64,000 bases of DNA from Candidatus Melainabacteria bacterium 17Bon1m (GCA_032128875.1 JAVLKG010000003.1:449008-513007); one strand, 5' to 3'. Shown: positions 27,341 to 37,536, counted from the first letter of the stretch. Notes: generated by a model not told the origin, from the sequence alone. Numbers and translations: made by a program.

Positions 27341-30172
27341 ATGCAAAAGCCGAGACACAATGTTGATTTAGCTAAAACCGCGGAAGAGATTCGGTTGACC
27401 ACTGGATTGGACGAACCTACTCAGCAAGAAATTCTTGTGTCTGCGAAAGCCGAGCAAACTACCAGACAGGAGTTTCGAGTCAGTACTCAAACTGACATGG
27501 AAGCAGGTTTGGAGAGTGGTTACAGCTCTGACCGCATGTTTGATTCGCTCATCGATACTCAGACCGGTACATCAACGCAAACTGAATCACATACTGATAC
27601 TCAATCAGACACGCGTCATAAAACGGCGTCTGGCGAGTTGTCCTCACTTGAAAAACACCACGACCCTGATGGGACTATGGGTTGCAATACCTGCCAAGGT
27701 GATCTGGTAGAGGCGATTGCCGATGAATGTCGAATAAATGTAGGCGACGTTATCGCATCGCGCTATGAGATAAAGCAATATCTTGGCGAGGGCGGTATGA
27801 GTGCTGTCTATGCGGCCACCGATAAGGTGATTAAGCGCGACGTGGCGTTGAAGATTTTGCATCGCGATTTGTTGGTTCGCGGCAAAGGGTCTTTGTTGAG
27901 ATTCCAGCGTGAAGCTCAAGCGCTTGGAAATTTAGACCATCCGAACATAGTAAAGATCCATCATTTCGACGCTGACGAGAATGCGCAGCCGTACATAGTT
28001 ATGGATATCGTCAATGGCGAGTCTTTAGCAAGACGTCTGGTGAAAGAGCCAGAGGCTGTAAAAATTACCGATATCATCGATATCTTTGTGCAGGTTTGCG
28101 ACGCGCTGGCTCATGCGCATCAGCGAGGCGTTGTACACAGAGATTTGAAGCCGAGCAATATTATGGTAGTCGGCAATCAGGTCAAAGTACTCGATTTCGG
28201 CATTGCGAAGTTGATGAGTGAAGACAGTGACCAAGAATTGCAACTCACTCGCACCGGTGAGGTGTTTGGAAGCCCGCTCTATATGAGCCCTGAGCAGTGT
28301 CGTGGTTTGAAGCTGGACTTCCGCTCGGACATATATTCAATCGGCTGCGTCATGTACGAAGCCTTTACAGGAAATCCTCCCTTCACGGGAAACTCGCACA
28401 TCGACACGATGCTTAAGCATGTAAATGATTTGCCTGCTTCGGTCGTGTCTTCTATGTGTGACGCTCGCTATGCAGAAAAAGTTGATGCTATCTTGCTTCG
28501 ATGCATGGCGAAGAATCCTAACGCCCGCTTCCAGTCTATGGAAGAAGTTAAGGACGCTCTGCTTGAACTTGAGCGTGATACGAAAGGTCCGCTAGAACAA
28601 TTAAAACGAAAGCTCGAGCTAATTAAACTGAGGATTGGCGCTCAGGGCAAGTTTACTAAGAAGATGATCGCAGCGTACTGTGCGGCAGGCCTTGTATTTA
28701 CTGGACTTGGAACGATAGCGGTTGTGCAACACAACAACTCTGAGCAGCACTATACCTTTAAGAATGTGAGCATTGACCAGTGGAAAGAGTTGAATGAGCA
28801 AGGGCAAACTGATTTTAATTCCGGACGGTTTACGAAGGCTCATGAAATTTTTTCTGCAGAAACCGAGATGGCGAAGCGACTCGGAAACAAACAGTTGAAA
28901 CTAGCAAGTCATAGCGAACAGTTAGATGTTTTCAACGCTCAGCTAGTTCTTAACCCGCAACTAAGTCAAGACAGCAAATTTCAAAAAGACAGAGCGCAGG
29001 TTATTCAAGCAATTAGAGATTTGCATAAGGAAGAGAACGCAGATATCGCTTCGTTGAAAAAAGACCTTCTAAATACTGCTTCGCTATCAAAGACGGAACA
29101 AAAGAGTGTTGCGGATAGAGCTGTCGATTTCGGATCGCTATTGAGTGAACACGGTCGTCACAAGGAAAGCATCGACCTGCTGAAGCAAGCGGTGACTATT
29201 GCGGAAAAAAGTGGCGATAAGATTGTCATGGCTAAGGCATATTTCAATCTCGGTCGTGCATACACAAGCAACCACAATCCTGCCGAGGCCTTGGCCGAGT
29301 TTTCGAAGTCGCTAGCGATAAGAGAACAATTACTCAACAAGAATGATGTTGACCTGGCGCGTTCGTTAGTCGGCGTGGCAAGCGCTTCTCCTCTGGATGT
29401 TGCCCGTCCTATGCTGGAACGTGCTCGTTCTATTTGTGCCGTAGCCTTTAGCCAAACCAGTCACCAAGTTGGTTGGGCTGACATGCTTCTAGCCTGGAAT
29501 TATTACGATGCGAAGCAGTTTACGGCTGCAAAACAAAAGGCTGATTCTGCAATATCTATTTGTAAGGCTGCGATCGAAACTCAGCTATCAATGGAAGAGC
29601 AATTTCGTGCAAAGCAAACCTTGGTTCGAGCCTTCAACCTGCGCGCTCTGTCCAACAGGGAATTGCTGCGAGCCGACTTGAAAAAGGGTGGAAAAATTGC
29701 CGACAAGGACGCGAGGGAGGCAGCGATAAGCGCGGATTTTGCACAAGCGCTTCAATACGCTCAGGAATTGAATCCCAAACCAAACGCGCGCGAAATCGAT
29801 TTGCTAACTGCGTACTTATTGTATGAGAATGCTCTCGCTCTCAAGCAAGAGTATGAGCTGGCAATGTCGAAAACTGGTAATTCACCAAATGATGAGACCG
29901 GTAAGCCGGCTTTGTTGAATCAAGCAAAATACAAACTCGCAAGAGCGCTGGCGATTAACGAACGCCTTCCATCTGGAGATTCCATTGCAAGCGCTGCCAG
30001 TCACTACCGTGTTCTTGCCAGTATAGACCGCGCTTTAAGTGATTTGCCTGCGGCTGAGCGATCACTAAAATTGGCTAAGGCAAACAGCGATCGTGCGTAT
30101 GGCGCCAACAGTCCGCTGAGCATTTCGATCCAGCAAGACCTCGACGCAGTTCTTCGGGATTCCGGGAAGTAG
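27341..30172 (+). CDS. Hanks-type Ser/Thr protein kinase with TM and TPR region
   Basis: LGEGGMSAVY, VALK, HRDLKPSN, DFG and GSPLYMSPEQ; hydrophobic helix then TPR-like helices. Confidence 0.95.
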   Translation: MQKPRHNVDLAKTAEEIRLTTGLDEPTQQEILVSAKAEQTTRQEFRVSTQTDMEAGLESGYSSDRMFDSLIDTQTGTSTQTESHTDTQSDTRHKTASGELSSLEKHHDPDGTMGCNTCQGDLVEAIADECRINVGDVIASRYEIKQYLGEGGMSAVYAATDKVIKRDVALKILHRDLLVRGKGSLLRFQREAQALGNLDHPNIVKIHHFDADENAQPYIVMDIVNGESLARRLVKEPEAVKITDIIDIFVQVCDALAHAHQRGVVHRDLKPSNIMVVGNQVKVLDFGIAKLMSEDSDQELQLTRTGEVFGSPLYMSPEQCRGLKLDFRSDIYSIGCVMYEAFTGNPPFTGNSHIDTMLKHVNDLPASVVSSMCDARYAEKVDAILLRCMAKNPNARFQSMEEVKDALLELERDTKGPLEQLKRKLELIKLRIGAQGKFTKKMIAAYCAAGLVFTGLGTIAVVQHNNSEQHYTFKNVSIDQWKELNEQGQTDFNSGRFTKAHEIFSAETEMAKRLGNKQLKLASHSEQLDVFNAQLVLNPQLSQDSKFQKDRAQVIQAIRDLHKEENADIASLKKDLLNTASLSKTEQKSVADRAVDFGSLLSEHGRHKESIDLLKQAVTIAEKSGDKIVMAKAYFNLGRAYTSNHNPAEALAEFSKSLAIREQLLNKNDVDLARSLVGVASASPLDVARPMLERARSICAVAFSQTSHQVGWADMLLAWNYYDAKQFTAAKQKADSAISICKAAIETQLSMEEQFRAKQTLVRAFNLRALSNRELLRADLKKGGKIADKDAREAAISADFAQALQYAQELNPKPNAREIDLLTAYLLYENALALKQEYELAMSKTGNSPNDETGKPALLNQAKYKLARALAINERLPSGDSIASAASHYRVLASIDRALSDLPAAERSLKLAKANSDRAYGANSPLSISIQQDLDAVLRDSGK

Positions 30173-30185
30173 TAAACTTGATTCT

Positions 30186-32090
30186 CTACTGTGCTAACTT
30201 CTCTTCGGAGAAGAAGGCAAGCTGTTCTTGTACATTCTCGCAATTCGGATCCAGCGCGAGAGAATTTTTGCTTGTCTGAATATTGTTACTCATCGCCGCC
30301 TTTTGAATTGCGGCGAAGTTAGGGTGCTCGGTCGGTACGTCGTTAAACCAGAAGAGTGGAACGCCTCTGTCGATTAGCTGTTCCTGTAATATGCGAACGC
30401 GATCCTTGTAACTTGCAAACTGGCTCGGCGCGATGTTGTTTTTCAAAGAAAGTACTGCGAGTGTCCCTTGCGCCTCTCCGATTGACCATTCGATAGGGTG
30501 AAGTCTGTATGAACCGTTTGTGACGTGTGTTGTTCCGATGTTTTTGCACGCAGGCAAAAGGTTGGTTGCGTCTTTGGGAATGAGCGCACCGAGCGGAATT
30601 TGGAATGGTTTCGTGTGTTGAGTCGCGCCCGGAACGTCTTGTTCTCCATGAATGTCCACAGGGTATCGACCAATTCCTACAGAGTCCGAGAACAAACAAG
30701 CACGCGCACCAGGATTTGTCGCAACTACAATTTCCTCTTCTACAATTGTGTGTTGTCCAACGATGCGGCGCGACTCTCGGATGTATGGGTATTTTGAAAG
30801 ACCGTCTTCTGACCCGAGGACATCCGTTCGTAAGTAAAACTCCGGATAGCCGAAGCCACCATCGTCTCGGGGTGCTTCTGTCTGTAACCAGTACAGAAAG
30901 CCTAGACTGAGCGCTTTTCCGAGTGCGAGTCGTTCTGCTTGTGTGTTTGCGTCTATATCAATAATGTTTTGCATCCGCAAGTCGTTGCTGTTCCAATTGA
31001 TCATCGCAACGTCGAATGGATGTTCATCAGATTCAAACAGTTTTGAGGATATTAGCCGGCGATATTCCCAGAAAGGCAGCTTCTCGATGCGCAGGTTTTC
31101 GCCTTCACCGCTGAGCTTGCAGGTGAACATTGGATAGCCTTCGAGCGAGAATTTCCCTGACGCGTTGAACTCATCGTAATGAGGCGGTTTTGCAATTACG
31201 TTTTTAGTGCCTGGTCTGTGTTCAATGACGAATGGATATGTGAAGTCTTGAACATTCTCAGGGCGTGCCTTTTCCGGTGCATGTGCTTCGCCGGTCTGGT
31301 CCTTTGATTCGGCGCCACTTCGGTACTGCATCCCAGCCATCGGGAGCAAGTCTCCTAGTTCTGTTGCATCGATGACAATTTTTGCCCTGATTTCCGTGCA
31401 AGTCTTTCTCTCGAAATCGTAAATGACTATCGATGTGACTCTCTTTTGCGAAGATGTTGATGTAGTGTCGTTTTCTTCGACGTTTGCGTAAATGGCTTTG
31501 GTTCTCAATTTGATTGCTAGCTGTTGACGTTTTTCATACGGCGAAAGAAGTTTCTCAATCTCATCAACCGCAAATTTAGGTTCAAACGCAAGCCAGCTCA
31601 CCCAGCAATCGCCAGGATTTAGCCAAGGTTCTGCTGCGGCCCATTCAACTAATTTGAAATCTCTTTTGTAGCGAGCACGAATGTCATTTCTGAATTGTTG
31701 ATAGCTTCTGGCTGCACCGCTAATTTCGACTAGGTGGTTCTCATCTAAGGCTGATACGCCCTGTGAAGTCATTTGACCGCCAAGCCAGTCTGTTTCTTCC
31801 GTGAGGATTACTAGCGGTTTTTTCTCAGGAGAAAAACTCAGCTCATCCGCGGCTCTTAGTGCGGAGAGTGCTGCAGAAACTCCGCCCATTCCTCCGCCGA
31901 CGATGAGAATGTCGCATTCAATATGTTCAATTTGAGTTTCGTCGACCTCAACTGTAATTACCGCGCTGCGCGGTGTTTCTACATTGACCTTCAAAGGGTC
32001 AACGATTGAAAAAACTTTTTGAGCTGAATTTGTTTTGTTCGGCAAGAGTTGACACCAGTCGAAATCCTCACAAATTCTATCTTCTTGCAA
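30186..32090 (-). CDS. FAD-dependent oxidoreductase
   Basis: IVGGGMGG; EETDWLGGQMTSQGV; IDATELGDL; YIRESRRI; NGSYRLHPIEW. Confidence 0.9.
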   Translation of the reverse strand: MQEDRICEDFDWCQLLPNKTNSAQKVFSIVDPLKVNVETPRSAVITVEVDETQIEHIECDILIVGGGMGGVSAALSALRAADELSFSPEKKPLVILTEETDWLGGQMTSQGVSALDENHLVEISGAARSYQQFRNDIRARYKRDFKLVEWAAAEPWLNPGDCWVSWLAFEPKFAVDEIEKLLSPYEKRQQLAIKLRTKAIYANVEENDTTSTSSQKRVTSIVIYDFERKTCTEIRAKIVIDATELGDLLPMAGMQYRSGAESKDQTGEAHAPEKARPENVQDFTYPFVIEHRPGTKNVIAKPPHYDEFNASGKFSLEGYPMFTCKLSGEGENLRIEKLPFWEYRRLISSKLFESDEHPFDVAMINWNSNDLRMQNIIDIDANTQAERLALGKALSLGFLYWLQTEAPRDDGGFGYPEFYLRTDVLGSEDGLSKYPYIRESRRIVGQHTIVEEEIVVATNPGARACLFSDSVGIGRYPVDIHGEQDVPGATQHTKPFQIPLGALIPKDATNLLPACKNIGTTHVTNGSYRLHPIEWSIGEAQGTLAVLSLKNNIAPSQFASYKDRVRILQEQLIDRGVPLFWFNDVPTEHPNFAAIQKAAMSNNIQTSKNSLALDPNCENVQEQLAFFSEEKLAQ

Positions 32091-32107
32091 ACGTTTTCAA
32101 CCAACGC

Positions 32108-32138
32108 AAAAGCAGGGCGGATGCCCGCCGCCCTGCTT
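32108..32138 (-). terminator. Intrinsic terminator of the Spy/CpxP-like gene
   Basis: AAGCAGGGCGG/CCGCCCTGCTT 11-bp stem ending in TTTT on the minus strand. Confidence 0.7.
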
Positions 32139-32198
32139 GCTCCTGCGTAAGGAAGCCTGGGGCAGCTTCCATGTCGCTCGGTTAAAACGAGATGTACT

Positions 32199-32633
32199 TT
32201 AGTGGTCTAATCCAAAACCATTTGCAATGCCAAACAATCCGCGAATCTTATTGAGTTTCATCTTCGCGCGTTGTTCTGGCGTAAGAATCTTCGCGAAAGC
32301 GATTAGATGCTCAACGAGTACGTCTGTTAGCTCTGATTTCTTGCCCCGAATTTCATCGGTGATGTTCCAAACCTGCTTTTCGTCAATTGTTGGCTTAGCC
32401 AACTCTTTGAAGAGTCGCTTATATAGATCGACGATATCGACTTTTCCGTGCCCGAACTTACTAAAGGCTTGTCCCTTGAGTTCTGCGAGTTTTTCCAATT
32501 GATCGTCTGTCAGATCAATACCGGAGAAAGGCGAGCCACAACTGTGACCGCCAAAAGGTCCGTGCATTCCGCCGTGCATGCCGGCAAACTTGCCAAACAT
32601 GCCCTGGGGTCCACAATTTCCAAATCCGAACAT
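32199..32633 (-). CDS. Spy/CpxP (LTxxQ) family protein lacking an obvious signal peptide
   Basis: Two LTxxQ motifs (LTDDQ and LTPEQR); Gly/Met/His-rich N-terminus; AGGAGG RBS. Confidence 0.8.
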   Translation of the reverse strand: MFGFGNCGPQGMFGKFAGMHGGMHGPFGGHSCGSPFSGIDLTDDQLEKLAELKGQAFSKFGHGKVDIVDLYKRLFKELAKPTIDEKQVWNITDEIRGKKSELTDVLVEHLIAFAKILTPEQRAKMKLNKIRGLFGIANGFGLDH

Positions 32634-32693
32634 AAAACCTCCTATCGTCAGGGCGAAAAGCCCTGCCGCTCGTATAATTTGAAGGAATATCCA

Positions 32694-32735
32694 AAAACTG
32701 ACTATCAGTATAAAATTATACCGTCAGTCGGTTTT
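32694..32735. promoter_or_regulatory. Double TetR-type operator
   Basis: 42-bp imperfect inverted repeat (16 of 20 arm positions match); each arm is itself palindromic (ACTGA-CTA-TCAGT and ACCG-TCAGT-CGGT); lies between divergent genes. Confidence 0.75.
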
Positions 32736-32754
32736 GTGTCAAGGCGATCAAAAA

Positions 32755-33384
32755 TTGGGACGAAGAGAAGAAAAACGAGAAGCAACCAGGCAGGAAATAC
32801 TGACTGCGGCGAGGTCTATGTTCCAGGAGAAGGGGTATGACGCGACGTCGGTCGATGACCTCGTGCTTGCTGCGAATGTAGCCAAGGGGACGTTTTACTA
32901 TCATTTCAACTCGAAGGATGAGCTGCTGCATGCTTTGCAGGAGATGGTCATTGATGAGTTTGCCACCCAAGCGCGCACAAAGTTGACTGAGGGGGTCTCT
33001 CCATTAAAGGTACTGTCAGAGTTCGTCTCGGAAATGGCTAAATGGAACGAAGCTAACTCAGACCTGTCACGCGCTGTATTTGCAGAGAAGTTCACGCGCT
33101 TTTCGCAGGGGCATGGTGGACACGGCAGTCATGGCAGCCACGGTAATCATTGCTCTGTAGAAGAGAAGAAGCGGAAATTCGTAAATTTAATTGCGGAGCT
33201 GATCGCGCTTGCGCAGAAGGCAGGCGAGATCCGAACGGATGTAGAAGCTGATGATTTGGTTCGAGTGATCTTGCCGCCAATTATGTTTACGACTGCAACG
33301 TGGTTGTTCAATCCTGAAGGCTCGCTGTCAGAGCGCTTAGAACGCAGTCTCAAGCTTGTTTTGGAAGGCGTCCGTCCTCAGTAA
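32755..33384 (+). CDS. TetR/AcrR family transcriptional regulator with a His-rich insert
   Basis: GYDATSVDDLVLAANVAKGTFYYHFNSKDEL HTH; AQKAGEIR; likely TTG start at 32755 after AAGG (ORF open from 32734). Confidence 0.93.
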   Translation: MGRREEKREATRQEILTAARSMFQEKGYDATSVDDLVLAANVAKGTFYYHFNSKDELLHALQEMVIDEFATQARTKLTEGVSPLKVLSEFVSEMAKWNEANSDLSRAVFAEKFTRFSQGHGGHGSHGSHGNHCSVEEKKRKFVNLIAELIALAQKAGEIRTDVEADDLVRVILPPIMFTTATWLFNPEGSLSERLERSLKLVLEGVRPQ

Positions 33385-33521
33385 ATGATGAGCGCCATTA
33401 CACCAACATGGCTTGAAAAGCCTGATATCCTATGGGCGAAGTTGCCGGGCGCTCAGTGAGCCTTTGGCAAATGGCGGCACACTCTTGTGTAGTGCCTGAA
33501 CACATTTTGTGGGGCAAGAAT

Positions 33522-34121
33522 ATGAACGGTAATAATCTCGACGTCAACTATGATTTGCTCAGTGCGGACATAATCAAGCGCGCTGAAAAAATTGCGCTCA
33601 TTCTTATGGATGTTGATGGAGTGATGACTGATGGCACGCTCTATTACTTGCCTGGTGCGAACGGCGAAGCTGTTGAATTCAAAGGTTTCAACTCGCATGA
33701 TGGTTTGGGATTACACTTCTGTCACGCTGCAGGTATCAAGACTGGCGTGATTAGTGGAAGAGATTCTTTTGCGACGACTGAACGTGCGCGCATGCTCAAG
33801 ATGACATACGTGTATCAGGGACATTTGAAGAAGGTACCGTCCTTCGAAGAGATCCTTCAAGATGCACAACTGCCCAATGAAGCAGTTGCATTTATTGGTG
33901 ATGATTTTACTGATGTACCTTTGTTCAACCGTGTCGGACTTGCGTGTGCAGTAGCAAATGCTAGGCCGGAAGTTAAGGAGCAAGCACACTACGTTACTGC
34001 TCAGAGCGGTGGAAACGGTGCGGTTCGAGAAGTGGTCGAGATAGTTTTGAAAGCGCGTGGCTTTTGGCCACCTATTCTCAAACAGTACGAATTGATCGAA
34101 GCGGCGAAAGTAACCACTTAA
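33522..34121 (+). CDS. kdsC: KDO 8-phosphate phosphatase (HAD family)
   Basis: DVDGVMTDG, FNSHDGLG, ISGR, IGDDFTD and GGNGAVRE; ORF open from 33432. Confidence 0.9.
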   Translation: MNGNNLDVNYDLLSADIIKRAEKIALILMDVDGVMTDGTLYYLPGANGEAVEFKGFNSHDGLGLHFCHAAGIKTGVISGRDSFATTERARMLKMTYVYQGHLKKVPSFEEILQDAQLPNEAVAFIGDDFTDVPLFNRVGLACAVANARPEVKEQAHYVTAQSGGNGAVREVVEIVLKARGFWPPILKQYELIEAAKVTT

Positions 34122-34371
34122 TTCTTGAATCAACGGAATTTTCTTTGTTCTGTTCGACTTCGTTCATTTGAATCAGTTGCGCTCACATTGTGCCTGTATT
34201 CTATATATTGATTGGTTTGTCACTGAGCGTTGCTCCTTGTGACTGAGAACGCGTGCCTGGGTGGACTCTTCGAAAAAGTTTCGAACTTAAGGAAAAACTC
34301 AGCGGAAAAATTGAACTCTTTTTCTCTTGGTTTCGTCTTTAAAGTTAGAAGCAACTTTTTGGAGAGTTTTT

Positions 34372-35178
34372 ATGAATAAGGTGACTTTGATGAGCTTTTC
34401 GCTCGCTCTTATCACCGGCTCAATAGTCGGCATTTTGCAACCCGCTGAAGCAAAGAATTGGGGCACGGGAGTGAATGGAAGGCAAGCAAGGCAACACTCG
34501 CGTATCAACAATGGAATCGGCAACGGTTCTCTGACTGGTCGCGAAGCGCGCCGCTTGAATATGCAACAAAGAGCTTTGAACAAGCAGGAGCAGTTCTATC
34601 GTTCGACTGGCGGCGGTCTCAATAATTGGGAGCGCAACAAGCTCGAAAGAGGGCAAAATCAGCTAAGCCACAATATCTACAATCAAAAGCATGATGGACA
34701 AGATAGAAATCCGGGTCCCGGTAATGGTTGGGGCAACCCTCCAGGTCATGGTATCGGCAACCCACCCGGAACAAGTTGGGGCAACCCACCAGGACGCGGT
34801 CCCTGGAATCCACCCGGCACCAACTGGGGCAACCCGCCAGGTGTTGGATATGGCAATCCACCCGGCACTAGCTGGGGTAATCCGCCAGGAGTTGGATATG
34901 GCAATCCACCCGGTACCAACTGGGGCAATTACAAAGGCGTGAATGCACGTCAGGAAAATCAGCAAGAGCGACTAACCAACGGATTGCAAAATGGCTCGCT
35001 CACACAAAAAGAATATGATCGCTTGCAAAAGCAGCAGAGTGGCCTCGCCAACTTGGAAGCGAAATATCGTGATTCCGGCAATGGACTCAATCCATATGAA
35101 AGAGCGCGGTTAGATGCCGCTCAAGATTCACTCAGCCGCAACATCAACCGGCAAGCGCACGACGGTCAGCATAATTAG
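34372..35178 (+). CDS. Secreted protein with two duplicated helical domains joined by GNPPG repeats
   Basis: GGAGAG RBS; signal peptide ending AEA; duplicated GVNxRQ...NGSLT..E..RL...HDGQ domains. Confidence 0.85.
   Translation: MNKVTLMSFSLALITGSIVGILQPAEAKNWGTGVNGRQARQHSRINNGIGNGSLTGREARRLNMQQRALNKQEQFYRSTGGGLNNWERNKLERGQNQLSHNIYNQKHDGQDRNPGPGNGWGNPPGHGIGNPPGTSWGNPPGRGPWNPPGTNWGNPPGVGYGNPPGTSWGNPPGVGYGNPPGTNWGNYKGVNARQENQQERLTNGLQNGSLTQKEYDRLQKQQSGLANLEAKYRDSGNGLNPYERARLDAAQDSLSRNINRQAHDGQHN
34732..34929 (+). repeat. Coding tandem repeat, 24-nt unit in about 8 copies (GNPPGxxx)
   Basis: GNPPGHGI GNPPGTSW GNPPGRGP WNPPGTNW GNPPGVGY GNPPGTSW GNPPGVGY GNPPGTNW GN. Confidence 0.9.
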
Positions 35179-35252
35179 CCCCTCTAACTAACAGCCGTCG
35201 TTCGTGCGAACGTGAAATTCAACCTCGAGAATTTCGCGTTGGCGATAGATTT

Positions 35253-35289
35253 GGGCGCGCTCCACCCCGAAGAAAGAGCGCGCTCTTTT
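35253..35289 (+). terminator. Hairpin plus T tract between convergent genes
   Basis: GGGCGCGCTC...GAGCGCGCTC followed by TTTT; a second hairpin (AACGTGAAATTC/GAATTTCGCGTT) lies at 35209-35240. Confidence 0.55.
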
Positions 35290-35325
35290 CTATCACCAAT
35301 TACTGTTTAAGCCATGTCCAAGTGG

Positions 35326-37536
35326 TTAAGCAGCGGCATTGAATCTGAATTGCATCTTCAGTTCTGGTTTATAACCGCTGGAGAAGCTTACAGTTTCTGG
35401 TTTCACTTTATTGTTAGCGAGTGCCGCGTCGCGAGTGGCTCTGAGTGCTGTGTTTACTGCGAAGCTTGTTCTTGCCTCGTTGCGAGCGCCTTCCAATGAA
35501 GCCATAACCCCAGCAAGTCTTGCCCTTACGGCATCATTGCCAGAGAATAATTGCATCAATGCTCCGACTTGCGAAATACTGCCTTCGAGCTGGGCGATGA
35601 GATCGAGGCTGATCAAGCCGCTTGCGGCTTTCGCTTTTGCCGCTTCGGCTACAGCTTCGGCGTTGCGCAGTACAGTAGCTGCTTGCTTGATTTGCTGTTC
35701 TTGAATGTCTGCTGCCAATTTTGCATTGTTTCCAACAGTCACTTCGCCACTTGCATGGAAAACAGTGCCGTCTGCAAAACTGACATTGCCTTGCAAATCA
35801 AAGTGTGTTCCATCAGCCATTTTGACTTCGAGTTGATGGCTCACGAAATCGCCGGTTGACTTGAGTGTTGTGCCGAGCTTATCGGTGTGGACTTCAGGCG
35901 TGTCAACTTCTTCTTTGACGGCGTTGACGGTTGCCTTATTGTTTCCTTCGCCGATTGTAACTTCATTAGTAAGTGGGTTGACGACTGATACCGGTCTGTC
36001 CGGTATCTTCAGTGACAGCCCACCTCGACCGGCTATCAGTGCCGTGTTGTCCTGGGTGGTTACGTTGATGCTGCCATCATTTCCTTTTTCGAATGTGACA
36101 CCATTGCGTGTGAATTTGTTTTCGTTTGCCCAAGTCTTGAGTACTCCCAACATCTCGCGCGCTTGCGATTCAATCTGTTTGCCGGTTGAGCCATCGAGAA
36201 TCTCTTGCGGGGCTTTTCCAGCTTCGATAATGAAGTATTTGTCGTTGGCATTTTTCCAGATTTTTTCGCCGGTGGGCAGTTCAAAAAAAGCATTGCCGTC
36301 TGTTTGCAAAACAGTAAACGAGCCATCTTTGTCGCGCATGAAGATGCCGTCTTCAGCGGCTCCTAAGACTAACCCGGATGCATTTCTATCGGCTTTGCGA
36401 TTGGATCGCCATTGCTTGAGTCTTTCGCAAATCTTGCCGTCCGGACCGGTAAATCTGATAATTTCGTCGTTGCCTTTGAAGTCGGTTACTTTGTCTTTAT
36501 CGATCGTTTGAATCAGGTTGTTCGAGCGATCGTATACGTTGTAAGTGTGCGTGCCGATAACTCTTTCGACCTTAAAACCGTTTGCAACATCCCAGACTTG
36601 CTTGTTGTCTACGACACGATAACCTTTGCCCTTTTCCGTCACTTCGACTTCGCCTGTGCTGCGATTGGCGCGAACTTCTGTTTGATGTTTGGCGCCAAAT
36701 GCGCGAAAGCTTTGTTCTTTTGCATTGAAATCTACGACGTTGCCTTCCTTATCATCGTGTGTCACTTTGTCTTGCCCGACTTTGACTTCAGCTTCTACAG
36801 CTGCTTGCTTGCCTGATTCCTGAGTGTGCGATGCTCTCATTGTGATGCCGTCGCCATCAATGGTTGCTTGCGGTAGCGAAGTGTTGTCTTTGCTGTCGTT
36901 GAAAATTCGATTCCACTGATCTTGGTCGACATGAGCAGTGAGTTCGTTGTTTTTTTCGCTGTGGAAAGAACCGTTGTCGTTCTGCGTTGCGGGCAGCGCG
37001 CTAAGAAGTCTGTCCGTATTTATAGAAGGGTTGGCGGAAGTCGAAGTCTTAGAGTCCGCACTCTGCTTCAACGCTGATGCCCAGGCGGAGTCTTCCAGTA
37101 CTGAGGTAATGCTTTTGCTTTTGTCTAGGATTTGAACTCTGTCGCCGGTTTCTTTGTTTTGGTAAGTGTTGTTGCCTAAGCTGATCAATTTAGATGCGAC
37201 AACAGCGCCACCGGCCACCGGGCTGAGCATCGCCGCGTAGGTGCCGAGAGCGCTGGTCATTTCGGTCGTTTTCTTCCAGGCGTATGCAACCTTGTCTGTC
37301 AAAGATGAATTGACACCTTGGACTGTGGTTGAAAGGGATGCCGGCTTAGGGGCTTCCTTGACGGCGCTCGAGATGAGCGGGCTGGCAATTACTTCGGCGG
37401 TTTTTACAACTGCATCTTTGGCAGCTTCGACGGCTTCTCCAACCATTTTCTTGCCGGCTTCGGCTTTCTCCGACGCCCAGTTGAGCGCGTCAGACAAACC
37501 CATGCGAATGTTATCGCCGAATCCCACAATATTCAC
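35326..37536 (-). CDS. Large hypothetical protein (736 aa)
   Basis: Long ORF with Ala-rich helical termini and a central region of short beta-strand/Asp-Gly turns; no family recognised. Confidence 0.8.
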   Translation of the reverse strand: MNIVGFGDNIRMGLSDALNWASEKAEAGKKMVGEAVEAAKDAVVKTAEVIASPLISSAVKEAPKPASLSTTVQGVNSSLTDKVAYAWKKTTEMTSALGTYAAMLSPVAGGAVVASKLISLGNNTYQNKETGDRVQILDKSKSITSVLEDSAWASALKQSADSKTSTSANPSINTDRLLSALPATQNDNGSFHSEKNNELTAHVDQDQWNRIFNDSKDNTSLPQATIDGDGITMRASHTQESGKQAAVEAEVKVGQDKVTHDDKEGNVVDFNAKEQSFRAFGAKHQTEVRANRSTGEVEVTEKGKGYRVVDNKQVWDVANGFKVERVIGTHTYNVYDRSNNLIQTIDKDKVTDFKGNDEIIRFTGPDGKICERLKQWRSNRKADRNASGLVLGAAEDGIFMRDKDGSFTVLQTDGNAFFELPTGEKIWKNANDKYFIIEAGKAPQEILDGSTGKQIESQAREMLGVLKTWANENKFTRNGVTFEKGNDGSINVTTQDNTALIAGRGGLSLKIPDRPVSVVNPLTNEVTIGEGNNKATVNAVKEEVDTPEVHTDKLGTTLKSTGDFVSHQLEVKMADGTHFDLQGNVSFADGTVFHASGEVTVGNNAKLAADIQEQQIKQAATVLRNAEAVAEAAKAKAASGLISLDLIAQLEGSISQVGALMQLFSGNDAVRARLAGVMASLEGARNEARTSFAVNTALRATRDAALANNKVKPETVSFSSGYKPELKMQFRFNAAA

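Noticed and set aside
34732-34929. 24-nt periodic repeats as a CRISPR array
   Set aside because: In-frame coding repeats with synonymous variation, no unique spacers and no cas genes
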